A DNA stretch of 64,000 bases from Octopus vulgaris. Lineage: Eukaryota. The notes under the pieces are model-generated. The model worked only from the letters and a program-made list of their open reading frames with translations, was not told where the DNA came from and made no database searches. Where the stretch lies: the NCBI GenBank assembly GCA_951406725.2, contig OX597830.1, positions 5,394,001 through 5,458,000 of the forward strand, written 5' to 3'. Of this stretch, positions 56,931 to 64,000 are shown piece after piece. The first letter of the stretch is position 1; each line of letters begins with the position of its first letter. Position numbers and translations under genes: made by a program.

Positions 56931-58149
56931 CTGTCTTTTCTCTCTCTCACTATATATATATATATATAAACATATACACTCGTGTTGTACGACTATTTAT
57001 CACTTTAACCCAACGACAGACAGATGTATTTTATGCTGACCTCAGTTGCCATATCACTGATTAAATGTTGTATGGGGATGGCAGAGTGGCGACATGTGTA
57101 GACCCCTAACCAATTAGAAATGCACAGTAAGTTACTATTTTCGACTCGCAGCTTTGCTTCAAACTATGCAGATCTGCAACAAGAGTCAATACTTGCCTGA
57201 GAGGTCATGGATGGTAAGTTAGAAAATGCCATCTATAACGAGGAACAAAAATGAGACGCCAGTCACTTATAAAGATGGGGCAATTCCGCCTTCCATACAT
57301 ACATACATGCATACATACTTATGTATATGTTTATATGTGTGTGTGTGTGTGTACGAGTGTGTGTGAGTGTGTGTGTGTGTATTTGTGTGTGTGTGTGTGT
57401 GTGTATGCCTTGATGTATCTATATAAAACTGGAGCCCTTGACGCAAAAATCTCCCCTGATATTTGTTATCTACAGACTACTGACGCTCTTTTCTCATTCT
57501 CACGGTCGTAGGCTATTGAACTTAACGATTGATTAGCCAACGGCGTTATTGTTCACCAATTGCAGTAGAAAAAATAAAAAAAAACAATTAAAATATAAAA
57601 ATGATATGAAAAAACCTACACAATACAGTATGCTTTACAGATACATGTCTTTCTTATCCAAAAGATATTTGTGAAATTTCCAACTATCAGCCGTGAAATG
57701 AATCAGTTTTCTGCATGACACAACTTAGTGTTTTGTAATCTTAATAGGGCACCAAGCTGTGAAACGCTGCAGGTGATAGAATCTCATAACCGGCATGATA
57801 TCACTTAACAAGGAACATTACCACCATCTTGTGAGCGTGTGTTTTGCTTTTAATGTTGTGCTGCAAAGTAGATATTGCTGTTGATTTCGATAGCTTTTAT
57901 CTGGTTTGTTATCTGTTATCTGGTCTTTTCTAACTGTGTATATACCAGAGAAAGATAATTGGATTGTGAACGTAAATAGAAACACATTTTATAAAATAAT
58001 GCAAAAAAAAAAAATTAATGATTGGTTACAAATCATGGGGTTTATAATGCCATTTTAGCATTGTTTGTAATAATTGGTATCAATTCGGCGTTAATATGGG
58101 TGATTCCCAACCCGTGTGTTGTGGGGGAAAGAAGTGGGTGGGAACTTAC

Positions 58150-58242
58150 AAACAAAGGATAAGCGGTGAGCTATGGACACAGTCACTTGATCTGCTAAAT
58201 ATAACAACGAAATGTACCGCGATGGTATGCAGTAAGCGATGT
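58150..58242 (-). CDS. Candidate isolated 93-nt internal exon of an unidentified host gene
   Basis: Long pyrimidine tract plus CAG (ctttttcctgtttcttgtcttctatccag) and a perfect GTAAGT donor. Length is 3n, with an open phase-1 frame xIAYCIPSRYISLLYLADQVTVSIAHRLSFV. No homology established. Confidence 0.4.
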
Positions 58243-59369
58243 CTGGATAGAAGACAAGAAACAGGAAAAAGGTGTTGACCTAAATTTGTTCCACCAAGGC
58301 TGATTTGTTTTTGAACAATTAAAGCAACAGTAAGAAAAGGAACATCATCGTCAGCCGAACCAGCTGCAACGACAATAACAATAGCAACAACTACTCGAGC
58401 AGCAACAGTCGTAACAGCAACAGCAACAACTAAGAAATCCAAACACCATTTACTTGAATTTTTAACAGATCGCACTTTCTTTGATAATGATGTGAGACAA
58501 GCAGCAGGTAGTTTTGCATTTATTTCAAAATGATTTTTTTAATTCCCAAACAAAACCCATATATATATGACGTCAGAAATAAAAGCAAATAATATTCTAT
58601 GAGATAGAATTGAAATATTGTCGTTTATGGATTATATTTTCTTTGTAAATATTATTCTTTGTATATCAAAGAAGATAAGCGTTGAAGCCAATGAAGGAGC
58701 CTCCAGGAGATCTCTCAGTATTCTAGAAATAGTTACGAAATCTCCATTGTGTTAATACAGAATGGAGAAAATGGAGAAAACTGAGAGACTAGATGATTTT
58801 CTCCTGCATATTCGATATATGTAAGAGATCGAGAAATGTTGGTCATAAATGGAAATCCATTGATCATAGATCTAGTGTAACAAATTGAAAAGGGCTAAGC
58901 AAAAATAACGACAAGATCAACAGCAACAAAAATGCTTCTCGACTCAAAATGAATTTAACACACCAAAACGTGTTCACTTTAAGTTTTCTCCTGGTAATAA
59001 CGAGGGTGGGAAACCAGTGTACAAAAAGGCGAGCACGCTCACACACGCAGTATACACACACAGAGACATATATATATATATGAAATATTCAAACTTGAAT
59101 ATTCATAAAGATATTGTTGCTAATATTATCTACAGTAAATATAAGTAATCGATAATATCGTCAATAATTTAGACGGTTCGATAGCGGTAAATGGCTATGA
59201 AATTTTAAAATTAGCGTTATGCATCAAGGCGTTTATACGCTATATCTGTTAGAAATAGGAGTTATAACCCTAAATAAAACCACCGAAAAACTGAGAAATA
59301 AGACAGAAGGGGGCCAAATGGTGAAAGAAATCAAAACACGCTTTTATAGATACTCTTACTCGTATATTT

Positions 59370-59423
59370 GTGTAGCTAGGTTTCGGAATCCTGGTCCTCT
59401 GGACCTCAATTCCTCATCAGCAC
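59370..59423 (-). ncRNA. Type I hammerhead ribozyme motif, canonical core
   Basis: Minus strand gtg-CTGATGA-ggaat-tga-ggtcc-aga-ggacc-agg-attcc-GAAA-cctagc-TA-cac: 5+5 bp stem II and a ctag palindrome with one C.C mismatch in stem III. Confidence 0.78.
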
Positions 59424-59983
59424 GATTCACCAAGAGAGAAGTTCAAGAACACATCACATCTAAATCCTGTCTACGTTCTTATTTGTGTTGCGCTAAAACA
59501 CAATTACCTCAGAGTAACAAGGCAGTCCTGGTTTAGGACGAATGTTGCTGTAATTTAGCCCCAGGAGATATCGTCTGCAGCTGGCTATACGAAACGATCT
59601 GTGTCCTTATGTTGACAAATAATCTTTACTCCAAAGTACTGTTGCTGAATATCTCTCGTTGTGAGATTTACAAACAGTAATTTTCTAAGAACCACCTCAG
59701 TATAAATATATATTAATAATGAATAATATTTATATCATTTAACGTACAGAGTATTGAGATAAGAATTACAAATAGCTTCTTGTGAAGAAACGTAGTTAGG
59801 CTGGCTTTTATAAGGAACCTAGCCACGTGTCCTCAAAGCAAGAAACTATAAGTGGCTCTTATCTTAATAGAGTCTACATTAAATGTTATCTAGCTTTCAC
59901 TGACTGGGGTACTTTTTATCCTACCTAAACAGAACAGTAAACTATATATATAAATATATGCATGTATGTGCATGCGTGAGTGA

Positions 59984-60022
<39 letters not shown>

Positions 60023-60550
60023 CAAACTTGCATTAATACACCATCAGACACACAGACATGTAGACAGGTGCGGTAACTGGGAATGCAAAACTGTCACTAA
60101 TAAAGTATGTGTAATAAAAATGACAAATGAGTGTCACGCCCCTCTCAAGATAGGAAAATGCAATTGGATTATATAATTACAATTATATAACTGGAAAAAT
60201 TCTTTGTTAATGAAACTTACGTAACTTGATATAATATTTATTTATATTTTAGATAAATATTTTGTAAATAAATCCTCCTGTTTCATTTTGTTATAAACAT
60301 ACATACAAGCACACGTACGTACACCACACACATGTTCAGGTCGATAAATAGACGGATAGACATAGACCAAAGATTACGGCGGAAGACATGAAACATAACC
60401 AAATTATTCGGGGGACGGTAAATAGGTTCTACTTCACATCTCGTAATGCTAAACGTAATTTGCAAATAAAATTGATAACCCTGTATAATATTATGTCAAA
60501 GTACTCTGAAGGGAAAGATCATAAAAAATGTCTCCGACTTCATCAAACGC

Positions 60551-63441
60551 TATATATAAGCATTATATAAAGCATAAATATAAATATATAAGCATTATAT
60601 AAAGCATAAATATAAATATATAAGCATTATATAAAGCATAAATATAAATATATAAGCATTATATAAAGCATAAATATAAATATATAAGCATTATATAAAG
60701 CATAAATATATAAGCATATATAAATATAAATATATATAAGCATTATATAAAGCATAAATATAAATATATAAGCATTATATAAAGCATAAATATAAATATA
60801 TAAGCATTATATAAAGCATAAATATAAATATATAAGCATTATATAAAGCATAAATATAAATATATAAGCATTATATAAAGCATAAATATAAATATATAAA
60901 CATTATATAAAGCATAAATATAAATATATAAGCATTATATAAAGCATAAATATAAATATATAAGCATTATATAAAGCATAAATATAAATATATAAGCATT
61001 ATATAAAGCATAAATATATAAGCATTATATCAAGCATAAATATAAATATATAAGCATTATATAAAGCATAAATATAAATATATAAGCATTATATAAAGCA
61101 TAAATATAAATATATAAGCATTATATAAAGCATAAATATATAAGCATTATATAAAGCATAAATATATAAGCATTATATAAAGCATAAATATAAATATATA
61201 AGCATTATATAAAGCATAAATATAAATATATAAGCATTATATAAAGCATAAATATATAAGCATTATATAAAGCATAAATATAAATATATAAGCATTATAT
61301 AAAGCATAAATATAAATATATAAGCATTATATAAAGCATAAATATATAAGCATTATATAAAGCATAAATATATAAGCATTATATAAAGCATAAATATAAA
61401 TATATAAGCATTATATAAAGCATGAATATAAATATATAAGCATTATATAAAGCATAAATATAAATATATAAGCATTATATAAAGCATAAATATATAAGCA
61501 TTATATAAAGCATAAATATAAATATATAAGCATTATATAAAGCATAAATATATAAGCATTATATAAAGCATAAATATATAAGCATTATATAAAGCATAAA
61601 TATAAATATATAAGCATTATATAAAGCATAAATATATAAGCATTATATAAAGCATAAATATATAAACATTATATAAAGCATAAATATAAATATACAAGCA
61701 TTATATAAAGCATAAATATAAATATATAAGCATTATATAAAGCATAAATATAAATATATAAGCATTATATAAAGCATAAATATATAAGCATTATATAAAA
61801 CATAAATATAAATATATAAGCATTATATAAAGCATAAATATAAATATATAAGCATTATATAAAGCATAAATATAAATATATAAGCATTATATAAAGCATA
61901 AATATAAATATATAAGCATTATATAAAGCATAAATATAAATATATAAGCATTATATAAAGCATAAATATAAATATATAAGCATTATATAAAGCATAAATA
62001 TATAAGCATTATATAAAGCATAAATATATAAGCATTATATAAAGCATAAAAATATAAATATATAAGCATTATATAAAGCATGAATATAAATATATAAGCA
62101 TTATATAAAGCATAAATATAAATATATAAGCATTATATAAAGCATAAATATTAATATATAAGCATTATATAAAGCATAAATATAAATATATAAGCATTAT
62201 ATAAAGCATAAATATATAAGCATTATATGAAGCATAAATATATAAACATTATATAAAGCATAAATATAAATATATAAGCATTATATAAAGCATAAATATA
62301 AATATATAAGCATTATATAAAGCATAAATATAAATATATAAGCATTATATAAAGCATAAATATATAAGCATTATATAAAGCATAAATATAAATATATAAG
62401 CATTATATAAAGCATAAATATAAATATATAAGCATTATATAAAGCATAAATATAAATATATAAGCATTATATATAAAATAAATATATAAGCATTATATAA
62501 ATAACATAAATATATAAGCATTATATAAAGCATAAATATAAATATATAAGCATTATATAAAGCATAAATATAAATATATAAGCATTATATAAAGCATAAA
62601 TATAAATATATAAGCATTATATAAAGCATAAATATATAAGCATTATATAAAGCATAAATATATAAGCATTATATAAAGCATAAATATAAATATATAAGCA
62701 TTATATAAAGCATAAATATAAATATATAAGCATTATATAAAGCATAAATATAAATATATAAGCATTATATAAAGCATAAATATATAAATATATAAGCATT
62801 ATATAAAATAAATATAAATATATAAGCATTATATATAAATATAAATATATAAGCATTATATAAAGCATAAATATAAATATATAAGCATTATATAAAGCAT
62901 AAATATAAATATATAAGCATTATATAAAGATAATATAATACATAAATATATAAGCATTATATATAAATATATATATATAAAGCATAATAATATAAATTAT
63001 ATAAAAAGCATAAATATAAATATAAAGCATTATATAAAAATAAATATAAATATATAAGCATTATATAAAGCATAAATATAAATATATAAGCATTATATAT
63101 AAATATAAATATATAAGCATTATATAAAGCATAAATTAAATATATAACATATATAAAGCATAAATATATAAGCATTATATAAAGCATAAATATAAATATA
63201 TAAGCATTATATAAAGCATAAATATAAATATATAAGCATTATATAAAGCATAAATATAAATATATAAGCATTATATAAAGCATAAATATATAAGCATTAT
63301 ATAAAGCATAAATATAAATATATAAGCATTATATAAAGCATAAATATAAATATATAAGCATTATATAAAGCATAAATATAAATATACAATCATTATATAA
63401 AGCATAAATATAAATATATAAGCATTATACAAAGCATAAAT
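60551..63441. repeat. 2.9-kb AT-rich minisatellite/satellite, 32-bp unit AAGCATTATATAAAGCATAAATATAAATATAT with a 26-bp variant
   Basis: Directly visible, roughly 95 units, with a degenerate patch at about 62930-63160. Confidence 0.98.
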
Positions 63442-63768
63442 GGTGATTACGTTTTCTGTGTTACTTTTCTTTCTCTCCTTCTCTCTCTCTTTCTCTCTCT
63501 CCATCTTTCTCCCCCCCCCTCCATATTTTTGCTCCTCATCTATTCTTTCTCTAGAGGAACGAATTCTAAACGAAATAAGTGCAACGGAGATTAAAAAAGA
63601 AGGTACCATTTGACAAGTCACCTGATGATATACAACTGTACCAAATGATGCACCGAACTATTCGTAAAGCATCGCACCCACGAGGGACCAATGAATAATG
63701 TGTCGAAAGGATCGTAGTGATTAATAAAATATCATGAATTCCGTTTTCTCTCTCACTCTCTTTCTTTC

Positions 63769-63799
<31 letters not shown>

Positions 63800-64000
63800 G
63801 ATAGATAGATATTTTGTTATCTAATACGGAAATGATAGACATCTTCTGGTATGCGTATATGCCGTAACAATGAAGACAATTGATTCCATTAAGTTATTTT
63901 AACTGACATTGAAAGAGGAGCTGACCGAAAAGATTGAGGTGGGGGTAGCTTTAAACATTTAAACATTCAGCTTTTCAAACAATAGTGTATTAGCTACAAG

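Noticed and set aside
60551-63441. CRISPR-like array (32-bp period)
   Set aside because: No unique spacers and no cas genes in a eukaryotic context; it is a simple tandem satellite.
63619-63665. CTGATGA with a short hairpin (similar cases at 56145, 56372, 36521 and 5671)
   Set aside because: The GAAA core strand or stem I closure is missing; compatible with chance 7-mers.

Overview
AT-rich, repeat-saturated eukaryotic DNA, most likely an intronic or intergenic stretch of an octopus (cephalopod) genome. That assignment is inferred from the tRNA-derived SINE families, the Dong/R4 LINEs and the extreme microsatellite load. No intact protein-coding gene is present, and almost all listed ORFs are microsatellite translations. 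Supported content: three tRNA-derived SINE families, several Dong/R4-like LINE fragments tied to (TAA)n, a CR1-group LINE whose 3' end matches one SINE tail, a Chapaev3-like transposase 5' remnant, Helitron remnants, a 2.9-kb 32/26-bp satellite and one candidate 93-nt exon. The main hidden signal is at least eight type I hammerhead-ribozyme motifs (about 28.9-59.4 kb). They belong to sequence-unrelated, non-coding units arranged as inverted or partial-tandem repeats, like Penelope pLTRs or retrozymes. All have palindromic or near-palindromic stem III, most have unusually long stem II insertions, and some carry core variants (U3-A8, U3-G8, C4). All folds were read by eye and none has been tested for activity.
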